Source: Ginglymostoma cirratum
Lineage: Eukaryota
Assembly (NCBI GenBank): GCA_024137785.1
Contig: JAHRHZ010000091.1
Location: 6,390,292-6,454,291 of the forward strand
DNA: 64,000 nt
Reading direction: 5' to 3'
Made by a program: the position numbers and the translations under genes. This document shows positions 38,412 to 51,644 of this stretch, in pieces. Position 1 is the first letter of the stretch, and each line of letters begins with the position of its first letter. The notes beneath the pieces were generated by a model. It saw only the letters and a list, made by a program, of their open reading frames with translations, was not told the DNA's origin and made no database searches.

Positions 38412-40649
38412 TCCCAAAATGTGTTTTTTTATGTATAGTGCCTTAAATAGATGTTTCTGAATCCTTCTGCTGGGGTATCTATTTCTGTAGATTCTTGCCA
38501 ATTATTTATCTACAATAATAAGGATACCAGATGGTGACAGCATTTGTTTAACAACGAAAGTCTAAATTGAGCCAGTCCAGTGCAGAACAAATGACGATTT
38601 GTGCATTGCTAATATAAATGTTCTGTTGAAATTTCTAAGGTGTAACATTGACTCTTAAATTCAGTTCAAGAAGCTGGTTTTCAATTCAGGAAAAGGTTCA
38701 GCAGTTTTCATTAAAATGCCTGAAGTAAATTTTAATCATCGTTATGAATTGAACATGTTGCAAAGGAGGAGATAGTCTCTGCTTTTTCAGGCCATTGTGT
38801 TTTTATTAGATGAGGTATGTTGCCAGGCTGCATCACTTTCATTGCAATGTTTTACGTTACATTTGTGGCCAATACCACTGTTTGGGCACTACTGCACCCA
38901 CATTCATAAAATTGAACTAATGCTTTTAAACTCCATCCATCCAATTGTTTTGTATCAATTGACGTGGCTATTGATTATACCAAAATACTGAGCTCACTAA
39001 ATATTCTATAGACATCTAAGTAGCAGTGGCAAACTTAATGCTAGTAATGCGGGCAGCGTTTTAATAATTAGTTATTCATATGTTTCAGCAACGGGAATGG
39101 TGGAGCAATTAAAAACTCTAGAAAGTCTGGAGTGTCATGAGTAATGACTGAAGTTACTAACTCTAAAACTTATTGGAACTTTTAAGCTATAAATTGGATC
39201 TTATGAGGTTGATGCTGCATTGCAATGGTACAAATTTTTAATCTACAGTAATAACAAGAACAAGGCTACCTTTCCCCATATAGCAAAGTATAGAAGAGGT
39301 GGTAAATCCAAAGTGTGTAGCTACATATGAACAGATGGATCAAAGAGGCCAGTGTTAGAGATGTGACTCTGTCCCATGTATTGGAGTACACTTCCAATAT
39401 TTAAATACTTCAGCCCAAGTCTGATCTGACCATTATGAATCCCAACTTCGGTAACACTGTTTGGTGCCAGTTGCCGCACTGTTTTAGTCCTCAGTTGCAC
39501 TATCTTTGACTGAAACTGGGCACTTAGATGAATGATTTGGCTTTGACAGATTTATATCTCAAATCCCCAATGTAATTCTCACTTTGGATATAAAACAAAT
39601 TGGTATCATTGCATGTAATTTGGGGCAATCTCTACATTGTAGTCAGGGATTCAAAAGTAAGTTGAAATCCATCTTCACTATTGTCAAAAAAAACAGGTTT
39701 GATAAATTAGAGATTGATATTAAATTGTCTGTTGCAGGATGGGGAAAGAAGTTTTTAGACTGTTAAAAGGATTATTAATTTAAATGTAATCGATCACAGA
39801 ACAAGATAGGCTGTACTTTTTTCACGTTAAAATTGATACTTGTGATGTGTAATTAATTACTTAATTACTTAATTTTTAAGAAATTTAATTATTTTCATCA
39901 ATTTCTTCAGACCTGTAGGGCAGGTATGACTTGAACCTGGATCATTTTGCCCACAGGCAGAGGGGCACGACCACTCACAACAAGGTTGTTATGTTAGCTT
40001 GCCCCGAGCAGCAGGAAGTGGGTCCCCATCAACTGAAGGTTGTTTTGAACATTTGCAAATTAAATTGAATAGTAAACATTGATATAAACAACAGAATTAA
40101 TCATGGATTATAATTGTAGGAACAAATTATTAATGACCCATTGCTTCAGTGAGGTGGTTCAGTGCTGCAAAAAAAATTAATGGCCAAGCAAAAGTTTTTA
40201 GATTTAGAGGAGAGACAGCTTGACCACATCTACTCCAGCATAACATTTCATCTTCCGACGGCGCCATCTAACCTGGAATCTTCATGACAGCTGGCTTGAT
40301 CATAATTTCATGCCTGTGCAGGCTTCCAGATTGCCTGTAAAGGCTATAAGGAAAGAACCATGCTATACTGCAATGATATTTCTCAAGCTATTGGAATCTC
40401 CCTGATAACCTTGAATCAGCCATGCTTATTTAGCTGATTGTTACAGTGTTTGTCAAGATATGGTTTTGACTTGGGAAAAGGTTATGTATTTTGGAGGTGT
40501 TGTTTTATAGTGAAGTCAATTATAAAATCATGCATAAACTAAACTATTTACTTCAGAGATTAATTTCACGACTGTAAATTTATTGAGTTTTTTGCTTTCC
40601 AAGGCTTGTGACTGAAGTATCCTTGGAAAACAGAACTCATTACATTATA

Positions 40650-40860
40650 GATAATAGGTACTGCAGATGCTGGAGAATCCGAGATAACAAGGTGTGGAGC
40701 TGGATGAACACAGCAGGCCGAGCAGCAGCATAGGAGCAGGAAAGCTTGACGTTTCGGGCCTAGACCCTTCATCAGAAAACAGGCCCGAAACGTCAAGCTT
40801 TCCTGCTCCTATGATGCTGCTTGGCCTGCTGTGTTCATCCAGCTCCACACCTTGTTATCT
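40650..40860. mobile_element. Young 211-bp palindromic Penelope-derived element (family A)
   Basis: Near-perfect ~80-bp inverted arms; perfect 13-bp TSD TCATTACATTATA at 40637-40649 and 40861-40873. Confidence 0.9.
40745..40778 (-). ncRNA. Minimal type I hammerhead ribozyme motif (intact core)
   Basis: UUU CUGAUGA A GGGU cuag GCCC GAAA CG UC AAG. Confidence 0.65.
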
Positions 40861-41479
40861 TCATTACATTATATACAGAATTAAAGCTTATTTTTTTTTC
40901 CCAAAGGCATTAAGCAGTGACATCACATCTCATTTTTCACTCTGACACTTGTACAGATTTTATTGGCACTTCTAACATATAAATCAGAAAACTAAGTGAG
41001 AAACCTATACAAGAGAGAGAGGACGACCCTATGCTTCTGGAACAGTGCAAATGAGGGTCAGGACAGCAGCATGTAAAGAGCAGAAGTGAGAGCAGGACTA
41101 TCGCTTCAAAAAAGGTTGGAGAAAGAGCCAAGTCCTGCAACTTTGCAATAGCATAACAGAGGGCAGCAACTTCATGAAGAGAAGAATTGAAAAACATGAA
41201 AAAGGGAGATTGAAATCAGTGGTAGAGATTCTCTTCAGCCTGTTTCTCCCTGTCACACTCAAAGTGTGAAGTCACAGGAAAACGAGTAGGTCATTGGATA
41301 TTTCTTCCTTATCCCTGTTGATTGACCTTGTAGCTTATGTCAGGAAATGTCATTCGCTTTAAATATTTAATACCCAAATTAATTTATTAAACAAACTAAC
41401 AATGAAGTGCGACAAGAAGGGGTGGAGAACACACAGAAAATTGCAGCAGGGATTAGAACCGGAATAAGTAATAATGTTA

Positions 41480-42440
41480 AAAAGTGGAAACATATGGCTT
41501 GTCATCTGAATAAAACCAGTATTTCTGACAGGATAGAAGACTCAATGGCACAAATAGAAATAAATGAATATGACTTGGTAAATATGGTGGAGACATTTTT
41601 GCAGGGTGACCAAGACTCGAACTTGATAATCAAGGGTATTTGAAATCCAGGGAGAATAAGCAAAAAGGCAAAAATATGACTTCGCTAATAAAAGGAAGAC
41701 TCTGTTTGATGATAAGTAGTGATATGATTTAATAGATCAAAATGTGGAATCAGTTTGAGTGGAATATGAAAAGTTAGTGCGCAACCACACAATGTGATTA
41801 GGAAATCAACTGGAGTATTGGCCTTTATTGCTAAAGGCTTTGGAGTTTAAAATTAGGGAAGTATTGTCATAATTGTACAAGGTGTTGATGAGGCTGCACA
41901 TAGAGTAATGTGTGCAGTTTTGGTCCCATATTTAAAAAAGGATGTTGTGGCATTGAAAGCTGTTCAAAAAGGATACACCAGGCTGATTCTGGGGATGAAA
42001 GAGTTGACTCGTCAAGGATGGCTAAACAGGAGGTTAAGCCTATATTCACTAATGCTTAGAATAATGAGGGTGATCCTAGGCAAACTTACAGGATTCTGAG
42101 GGGGTGTGACAGGATGTCAAGATGTTTCCACGAGTGGGTGAGTTTTGGTCTAGGGGATATAGTTACAGAATGAGAGGGAACTCCATTTAAAGCTGGGAAG
42201 CAAAGGATTTCTTGTCACAAATGGCAGTGAATGTCTGGAATTCTCTACCTCTAGAGAACTGTGGAGTCTAGATCACTAAAAGTATTGAAGAGGAAGTTCA
42301 TATATTTTTCTTCACGTAAGATAGTTTGAAAATATTTGGGAGTTGAGAGCTATGAAGAGCTGGCATGAAAGGGAGGCCTTGAGCAGATCAACCATGATCT
42401 TAGTGAGTGGTGGAGCAGGCTTGAAGACTGCCTACTTCCA
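41480..42440 (+). mobile_element. CR1 LINE, internally deleted (APE start fused to 3' region)
   Basis: AQIEINEYDLV..ETFLQGDQD followed by LYKVLMRLHIE.CVQFW and CR1 3' UTR. Confidence 0.8.
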
Positions 42441-43994
42441 TGGCTAATTCATACAATAAAACCAAGCTAGGCCTCCTAAATACAGGCTTCAGATTAGTAA
42501 CTGTTATTGCAATTATTAGTTTTGGATAATTGAGCAATTAGTTCAGACCTTAGCTTTAAAGAACGGCAGCTACCTTTTCGGGTGTTTTCTGCATGCTGCA
42601 ACTTGCATTAAGCTTTGCCTCTTGTTTTCTGTGACTTTAACATACGTGTCATACAGCTATAATTTTATATTGCTGTACTTTTGCTTATCAGAATTAACCC
42701 AGATTTATTCTCAACAGTAATTTGCATTTGTACTGTATTTGATAATTAAAAAATGGCATTCTGCACAGGGTGAAAAGAAGTAAATCAGATAACATGATTT
42801 TACTTCGAGGGATAATTGAAACTTTGGCCAAAGAGATGGCTTGAAAGGACAGAAATATAAACCATGGGGTTTAGGTCGATAGTGGAATCATTAGCATCCA
42901 GTGGGTAAGCGAAAGTCTAAAAAATACATATTCACAGTGCAGAGAGTTTAAGGGGTACACGTCCAAGGTTGGAGAAGGTTAGAAATGGCAGGAATTGAAG
43001 CCAGGGATCATAGAGACTTTTTGTTAAACTTATCTATGACTCAAATTATAAAGTAAACTTGGGCCCTGTCATTTTGTCAGCTGTAGTTGAACATATTTCT
43101 TTCTTGCGAAATTGGTTTCTTCTGGTTCAATGTATAAATGTTTACCTGAAAATTGATTCTGTGCTTGTTCTTCACTGCTGTTTCTCTATCGGATGATCCT
43201 TGATTCATATCCCCGTCACCTATATTTAATTTCTGTTGCTACCAACAAAATATATTCATCTAAGTAAATTAATGAACAAATAAATAGTAGATCTATATCT
43301 AAATTTGTTCCTTTTTAAGTGTATTCTGTGGGAAACTTTTGTTTCTCGTGGTGGTAGTCTCCATAATTATTTGGGTTATGTGGTTTACTTGCACCTGTTT
43401 GATGTCCTGCTATCTTCTGATCTGCACAGTAATTGGCACCGTTATTTGGGTAATGTGGCTGAAACACAGCAGTTTCATTTCCTGCCATCTACCATTGGAG
43501 AGTATTATGACATCCTCCCCACATGTTACAGTTCCTTCAGCTTTCTACGCATGCACTTGTCTTTATCATTCAATATTTTGCTCCGTTAAGAACTCCTCTC
43601 CATGTTAATTGCTAGGGTTGCTGCACATGATGCATGTTCATTAAAGTGAAGTTTCATCCCAGTTTACCATTTACCTTTCATTACAGCTATTTTATCCTTG
43701 CTTACATGCCAACTGTTTTAAAATAGAGCATTATGTCCTATCTGTAACCAGCTACATCCAAGTGTGTGATTCTTTTTGGCTACCTGATATGTGTTCGTAA
43801 AATCCTATTGTCTTACAAGCTTGCTCCCTGCTATTTGCTCCCTAAAATTCTATTGTGTTGCATGCCTTTCTCTTTGTTTCTCACTCTTCCTCCACCCGTT
43901 ATAATTCTACCATCTGCCCCGCATGATCTGACTAATGGAAAGACAGTTGTTCACTGATGCGTTCTTTACGTAGTTAATTTGGGTTTCTTCCGTG

Positions 43995-45960
43995 ATTTGA
44001 AAATTGCATTTATAAAGCAACTTTATGACGGTAAGACCATGCATAATATTTCACAACAAACCTTTCATTCACCTAGCAACTTTTAATGTAAGAAAACATT
44101 GCAAAGCATACATGAGGGCAGTGGAACAAAACTGGACACCAAATCACATCTGGTGATAGGCTATATAATCATGAATGTTTAAGGAGCATCTTGGAGGAGA
44201 GGTACTTGGAGAGCTGGAGAGGTTTTGGGAAGACATTCCATAAATTGGGGCTGAAGCACCTGAGGGCACAGCTGCCAGTGGTAGAGTGATTAAAAAAACT
44301 TGGGTACGTGCAAGAGAGCAAAATTGGGACGGATGTCTTGATGCCTTGCACCTCTGAAGGAGTTTACAGAATACTCCATGGATGTATTTGAACTGTTGTT
44401 GGAATAGGAATCAATCTACATTGGGGTGACACTGAGCAGGACTTGAAGCAGGTTTGAGTGTGGTCAGAGTTTTGAATGAGCTCCAGCTTGTGTAAAATGG
44501 AAGGTGGGTGGCTGGCCAGGAGGCAATTGAAATTGTTGAGTCTTGAGGAGAAAAGCATGGCTGAGTGTTCAGTAGCAGATGAGCTGATACGGGTTGGAAT
44601 CAACTACTGTTACAGGAATGAAGTAGGGAGATTTAGTGATGAAGTGTAGTCAGAAACTTATGTCCGTGTAGCAAGGTACTCGGGTTGAGAAAGATCTGGT
44701 TCAGGCTTGTAAAGTTGCTCAGAAGAGGATTAGGAGCAGTGTCTAGAAAGTAGATTTTTTGGCAGTGCCCGAAGACTTAAACTTTTCTTAATCATTTGGT
44801 GTAAAGTTTTGCTTTTCTAATACAAGATGCCAGAGCTGGGTATCACATTAGAGACAGTGGAGAGGTTGAGATGATAAGAGGTACAGGAGGGAAGTGGCAG
44901 CCTCAATCTTGTTAAATATTTTTATGAGTACTTTATGCTTGTGAATGACACTGAAAATGGGGGAGGCGAGGGGGAATAATTTAAGGTGACTGCTTGTATT
45001 GTAGAAGAGAAGTTGTGGGTTAATCTTTGCACTCTAGAATGGTACTGGATTTATAAACAGTTTTGGCAGATGAACTGAATCTGGGAGTGCTTTGAGGTTC
45101 AAACCTATCTGACAAAGGTTAACTTAATTGTCTGTCTCAGATATTCAAGCTTCTCTCCCATGTACTTGGCATTTCCTGTGACATGGCTGTCATCTTCATG
45201 TTAAGGACGGTAAGGAACAATGCTTCTAATGACAATAAAGGAAAAGATTACCAGATCACTAAGTGCTTAAAAGTTAGAATGAATAGTAGTAAAAAAGACT
45301 TTATAGTTGGTAACATGAACATGCAATTGCAGGTAACCTGGTGGAGAGTTTACTTTGAGGTGAGCAAAAAAGGAGCATGAAGTTGAGATGGGTAGAAGGA
45401 GTGTGTTTGGGGAGTGAATGATTACAGATTACTTTTGCTGTGATTAACTATGGTGGGAGTAGCTAGGCCATGCAAGATTACAAGGATGAAATGATGGCCC
45501 TGAATATGAATATGGAAGATTTTGCAGATGAAGGAATATAGAGAGGATAGGAGGTCAGTGGATTTTGTCCAGGTGGCTGACAATTTCAGATGTAGGTTAA
45601 ATCACTGTGGCAAAAAGTGGAAAGCACTTAAAATATCTTGGTAAGAAACTTGGCATGGTGGTTCAGGGTGTGGTTAAGAAAAAGGCAAAATAAAGTATCC
45701 AAGTGAGATGTTTAAAGATGTTGCCAGAGAGATAGAGGGCCAGGACCAAGTTCTGATTTGATGATGGTGGCTAAAATACTGCTGTGTTAATTTGGGCATC
45801 ACAAATGGTAGAAGGTCCATTTAGGGGGAAAATATTGTCACCCCTGAGCCAGATTTCTGTCAAGACCATAATATTGATGGAATCATCTGCGTTAATCTCA
45901 TGGATGGTGGAGCCTTGACTTAATTGTGACTGAATGTTCTGGAAGGAGAAGTGGAGTGAG
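43995..45960 (-). mobile_element. Old L2 LINE (continues ~46520-46700)
   Basis: Minus strand SRLNNFNCLLA..ILHKLELIQNS and APNLWN-like motif; L2-type tail ttgcatttataaagc. Confidence 0.65.
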
Positions 45961-45971
45961 ATGACTAAAAG

Positions 45972-46505
45972 ACTGAGAAGCAGAAGTAGGCCATTAAGTA
46001 CATCAGGATTACTTTAGCATTTAATGAGATCGTGATGATCTGATAATCCTCAATTCCACTTTTGTGCCTTTTCCCAATAAACCTCAATTCCTTTACTATT
46101 AAAAATCTGTCAGTCTCAGCCTTGATGATACTTAATGACTCAGCTCAGCAGCCCTGTGTGGTAAAGAAATCCACTGTTCTGCCATCTTCTGAGAGAAGAA
46201 ATTCTAACTCATCTGTCCCTCAAATATATAACCTCTTATTCTGAGATTACGTCTCTGGTCCTAAACTCTTGCACAAGGGGAATCAACGTGTCCACATCAA
46301 TCCTGTCAAATCTTCTAAGATCATTGTATGTTTCAATTAGATTGTGTCTCATTCTTCTATATTCCAACAAGCACTTGTCCAAACTAGTCAGCCTCTCCTA
46401 ATAAGATTGTCCCTCCAAACCTAGTATCAGCACAGTGAACTTTTTGTGGATGACCTGCAATGGCACAATATATTTCCTTAGATAAGGGGAGAAAACAGTT
46501 CACAG
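45972..46505 (-). mobile_element. CR1 3' fragment inserted in L2
   Basis: Homologous to 57808-58340. Confidence 0.75.
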
Positions 46506-47045
46506 TTTTCGATCTGTGACTTGGTGATGAAGTTGATAGTTGATCCGCTGGTAGGGTGGATGTCATCAGTGCTGGGAAAGGTGAGCGGAAAGAAATTTGG
46601 GAAAATCAGTAGATGTGCTTTCTGGACTAATAAATGGGGAACTGAGAGGTGACAGGAGGAGAGAGCACAGAGTTAAATTCAGAGGTCTTGGGTGGCATAA
46701 AGTTGACACCGAGTGGATTAAACAACCAGCTATTGTCCAGATTCAGAGTTCACAGGGTGAATCCAGAAAATATCTGTAGAACAGAGCACTGCAGCAGGTT
46801 TTTCCATAGAAACCAAGAGCTGGGAAGATAGTACAAAGTGTCCCTGGCCAGAAATTAGTGACGATTCGTAAGATTGAGCTAAGCAAATTCAGTAACTTGA
46901 AGGCAAGCCCACTCAATCTGTTTCTTGCCTCTTCAATGGTTACTTTGCCCTAGGACCCACATACTGCCTCTGTTTACTGTTCCCAGGTTAGGACGTATGT
47001 GGTCTACTAATTCAAAATGAGTTGCCAAGCCAGCATAAATAACCA

Positions 47046-47148
47046 CACACACACTGGGGAAGGGTCACCGGACCCGAAACATTAACTTTTTTTTCCTTCA
47101 CAGATGCTGCCAGACCTGCTGAGCTTTTTCAGCAACTTTGCTTTTGTT
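47046..47148 (+). mobile_element. Family B single-arm insertion with 16-bp TSD
   Basis: ccagcataaaYaacca at 47030-47045 and 47149-47164; insert begins cacacaca then ctggggaagggtcaccggacccgaaac. Confidence 0.85.
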
Positions 47149-47378
47149 CCAGCATAAACAACCAGCTCCTGATGTGGTTGGCTGATTTCCTGGTTGTGGC
47201 CGTCCACTATTTTAATGAGGTAGATTGGTCAAAGAGCCACAGTAACAAAGCACTTTTGCTACATTTGTCACTGCTGAGGCTGAAGACTTACTTGTGGCTC
47301 CGAATATCAAATGAGCAGATTTGGTATCAATTATGAGAAAAGACATTTATTACAATTGAAAAAGGAGGCTTGAGTGAG

Positions 47379-47397
47379 TACTGCCACCTTGTGGCGT
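47379..47397 (-). promoter_or_regulatory. Putative CTCF-binding motif
   Basis: ACGCCACAAGGTGGCAGTA matches the vertebrate CTCF core CCACNAGGTGGCAG. Confidence 0.5.
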
Positions 47398-48578
47398 AAG
47401 TTCTATAATCATAATAAACCAAATCATTTATGGTAGATTTTAAACATAGGGCAGAAGTGGCCGTCAGAAGCAAGGCCTTTTAAATTCTAGATATGTATTC
47501 AATCTCTTAAGACATAGCTAATGATAGTCACTGTTAAAAATGAAAGAAAAGTGTTGCTTCTGAAAGTATTTGGCAAAAAGTTGATAAGAGGGTTTTCTGT
47601 GGAATGCATAATTGGTCCTTGAGAAATTAATAAATGTTCAGCTTGGTTAGCACTTAGAGCACATTTTTTAGTATTTTAGTTTGTTGAAGGGAGGAAATTA
47701 TATTGTTACTTCCTGCAAAAGCCAAATGCAATTATTTTGACTGCGTGTATATGATTTGGGAGATCGATGTTTGCATCAAATAAATTTTCAAACAATGCAC
47801 ATTGCATTGAGGACAGAGAGATTACAATATGCATCAAAGACTATTCCATGATCAATGTCATCAGCAATGCAGCAATATTACAGTCTAACAGTGTTTCTGG
47901 TTGCATTAATATTTAGCAAATACAAAAAGCCCTGAAGCCAAGTGATAGCTGCTGCATTTGTGAAGTTCTTGGTATTTTGCTTTTTAGAGGCAATTATCCC
48001 TTCCATAGCAATGGCAAGGAAGGTGGCTATGCTTGGATTTTTAGTTTGAAGCCATAGGATTGGTTGCCATAAGAACAAGATGTTTCTTTGAATGCATGTG
48101 CTCGGTTGGGAGAAGATAAGGTTGGTAAGTGAAAGGATGGAATGATGGGAAGAGCATAGGACGAACCATAAAAATTTTTGAATCGACAGACACAATAATA
48201 TTTGGAATGATATTTGCAAAACTGGACATGTTTATGTTTAACTGTTATGATGAAAATGGTGTGATATAATTATCCTTTCTTTTAGAGTTTATGTTTCAAA
48301 CTAGTGGTATTTGGGTGTCAGACTTTGCTTTTGTGAAGGGATCTAATAATTAACTAGGTTTGTCTTTCTGGAATCAAGATTTGAAATCCGTAATTGTCAG
48401 AGAACAGGTGACTTCAAGGTCTTTTGGAGTGTTAATAAAAGTTTATGTTGTAGTGCCTATGACAGACAAAACATTCAGACATTATCATGCTTTTAGTTTA
48501 GAATAATAAAAGATTGATTTTAGCTTAGGCAGTTTGAAGGAGACCTGACTGAAGCCAAATACAAGAATATTCATTCCC

Positions 48579-48709
48579 GGAGATAGTAGGAACTGCTGAT
48601 GCTGGAGAATCTGAGATAACAAGGTGTAGAGCTGGATGAACACAGCAGGCCAAGCAGCATCAGAGGAGCAGGAAAGCTGATGTTTCGGGTCTAGACTCTT
48701 CTTCAGAAA
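48579..48709 (-). mobile_element. Family A terminal repeat with tail and hammerhead-like motif
   Basis: Reverse complement ctgaagaagagtctagacccgaaacatcagc; imperfect TSD aagaat.ttcatt. Confidence 0.8.
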
Positions 48710-49996
48710 AAGAATGTTTCATTTCAGAATTTTCTTCAGGAAAAAATGTTTCATTTTGTTTTGTGCAATTAACACTTGTTTTACTGTTGGAAATAAATCT
48801 GCAGCCTTGTGTGCTTATGTTTCAGTAAAAGACCACTACATTAAATATCAAACAAAATATGATCTACCAAGCCGGATTTCATTCTGGGATATGACTTGTC
48901 CAGGAGTAACATAAGCTGGGGTCATGAGGTATAGAAGTTGATGATTATAGTCCATCAATTCAACTTGGATAACACTAAATAGTGTCACATTGACCACCTG
49001 TTAAATGCCTCACTAGGTAGTCAATTCCATCAATATAAATATACAAAAAAATGACAACAGTGGCTACTTCTTTGCTGCTACCAAGGTAAATTTCTGTCCT
49101 TTCACATGTTCTGATTAAGACTACTCCTTTGAATATCCTGGATGGTATGTTCTTTTTGATTGTCAAATATTGTCTGGTCTAATTAGTACTGTTACCTGCT
49201 GTAAGTTATGGTGTCATTTGCACTTGTAGTCAGGGTTCAGATGAAAAGAACAACTTACTGCAAAGAATTACATGTAATGACGTTAACTTCCGCTAATGCG
49301 GATGACATTAAGTCAAAGTTAGAAACCCAAAACTTCAGCTAACTTCAGTCAAGGACTTCACACCACACCCTGATATCGGCCTAGTAATTTATTGTGCTAG
49401 TTTTAGATCTGGGTGGAACTGGAGCTATATAAAAAGGTGCTTTTTCTTTTGCTGAAGAATATTTTACTTTAACTGTAACCCAAATTCTGATCTGGCAGTA
49501 CGGAGCTAATAGTCTCCTGCATCAAACTTCAGTAGCAAAAGATAGTAGTTGTGGAAATGGGCATTTGTTCTTTGTGTTCCTGTCAGCTGGGATAAAAATC
49601 ATTAAAACTGATTTCAAGTGCACCAAAATAAATCTAGAATTGCATGCAGAAACAAATAATTAAATATAAATCATTTTTCATCAAATGTATTTCTCCTGTA
49701 TTTAAATTTCAGCTTCTGGTGTTTCAAAATATTGTTTTATGAAGGTAAAATTTAAAAATAGAATATGTGATCAGGTGATTGTTAACTAGCTATTGATTTA
49801 GATGACTATTAAATACATATTTTATCACTTTATTCTTTATTCTGATTTCCACAATTTTAGCATTTCAACCTGGTAGTCAGTTGAAAGTTTGCCCTGCAAA
49901 CAATGCAAGTATTTGGAAAGTACAGACTTGGTGATATTTTGCAATCTGTGGTGGTAATTTGCTTTGCAGTAATACCTCAATAATATTTAATGAGTT

Positions 49997-50349
49997 TTAT
50001 TTATTTGTTTATGGGATGTTGGTGTCACTGGCTAAGCCAGAATTTATTGCCCGTACCTAATTACCCAGAAGGCAGCTAAGATTCAACCACATTACTATGC
50101 GTCTGGAGTCACATGTAGTCCACGTAAGGATGGCAGATTTCTTTCCTGAAGGACATTAGTGAACACGTGGATTTTTAGAACACGCAGCAGTGGTTACAGG
50201 GTCACCATTAGACCAGATTTTAATTCAATTTTGTATTGGATTCAGATTTCACCAACTGCAATTGTGGAGTTCAAGTCAATGTCCCCAGAACATTAGCCTT
50301 GGACTCTAGATTACTTGTCTAGTGGCAATAACATGAGGCCATCCCCTCC
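49997..50349 (-). mobile_element. tRNA-derived SINE sharing its 3' tail with the LINE at 55320-56822
   Basis: Minus head ggaggggatggcctc..gacttgaactcc; tail gggcaataaattctggcttagccagtgacacc matches 56764-56800. Confidence 0.7.
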
Positions 50350-50389
50350 TGTATAGTTTGTTCTATCAATCAAGTTCGGATAGTTTAAG

Positions 50390-51250
50390 GTGATGTTGCA
50401 AACTTCAGAGTACCTATTTTGAAAATGGAAAGGGCTAGGCCTGAACGTTAATTGCAGATTGATTCTTGATAAGAAGTGATCTATAGGTTTTTCAACTCCA
50501 GACAGTCCTTATGCTGAAACAGATGGCAGATAATAACTGCGACCTCATTGCAAAACAGCCAGTCTGGCAGGGAAAGACCAGAGTTTGAACTGGTTTTTGG
50601 ATCGTGTCGTGGTCCGAAGGATCGGGCTTGTGAAAGCCAGGGGACAGAGGTTTGGTTGCTCCCTGGCTGTTCCCTCCTTATCAACTTATTGAAAGTTTAG
50701 AGAATAGAATCTCAGTTGTAAATATTTAGTGAATATTCCTCAAAGCCCACTGGAAGCTATTTGCATATATCGTCATCAGAAACCCAGCAAAGTACAAATC
50801 CCGTGTGCTTGTAATGTTTTGGGTTGCAGAGACCGCTTAAATGAACTGGCCAGATGCATTTGACTTATTTTCTTTTTACCCTTTTTGATTAATTTTTTTA
50901 ACTGTGTTTGTTCGTCTGACTGTCTTTGTGTGAATGTTTGGGGCGGCGGCTTGAAATAAAGAGGATTAAGTTTTCCTCTTAGGCACTAATTACATTACCT
51001 TGAGGTTTATCTTTGCTCTGCTAAAGTTACTGTATTATGAATAAATTGTTAAACCTTTTGTTTACACTAGAAACCTTGTGTCTAATATCAGTTACTCAAA
51101 AAGTCTAGTTAGGAACCATTGGGGTCGATTTTGAGGGTCATTTGAGTATTTTAATTTTTCTGTTTTATGAATACAGGAATAGGGACACAGATTTGATTTG
51201 GCTATCTGCCTCTTTTGAGAAAGCGCACCATTCTGGGTCTGTAATGATGT
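50390..51250 (+). mobile_element. Possible solo LTR
   Basis: LTR-like composition with AATAAA at 50955 and 51040; termini decayed. Confidence 0.3.
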
Positions 51251-51644
51251 GTACATGAAATAAGAAGGTTCAGGGTCCTGACCGACAAACTGAAGAAAAT
51301 GGAACCGTGTTCGGGTGTATTAAAAAGATCAGTATTGAACCAAAGTATTGAGGTAATTCTTCCACAATGTAAATCACTGGAGATGAGGCATAAATATTGA
51401 AAGAGCTGTCACATTACAGAAAAGATTTTGCTACTATCAAGATTTGGAAGAGAGCAACCAGAGGCTCAAGTACAGGGCCTTAGACTATAAGGTAATTAGA
51501 CAAGGAAGAGCAGTAATGAATATCGGGTATGTTCTCACTGGAAAAAAAAAGGAAACACTAAAAGGTAATATGTTTGCTGATTTTTAGGATTTTCAAGCTT
51601 AAATAACAATGACTATAATCACTGTTCCATCTTAGCCATCATCA

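Noticed and set aside
47876-48465. Possible solo LTR
   Set aside because: Termini and TSD not convincing enough to call.
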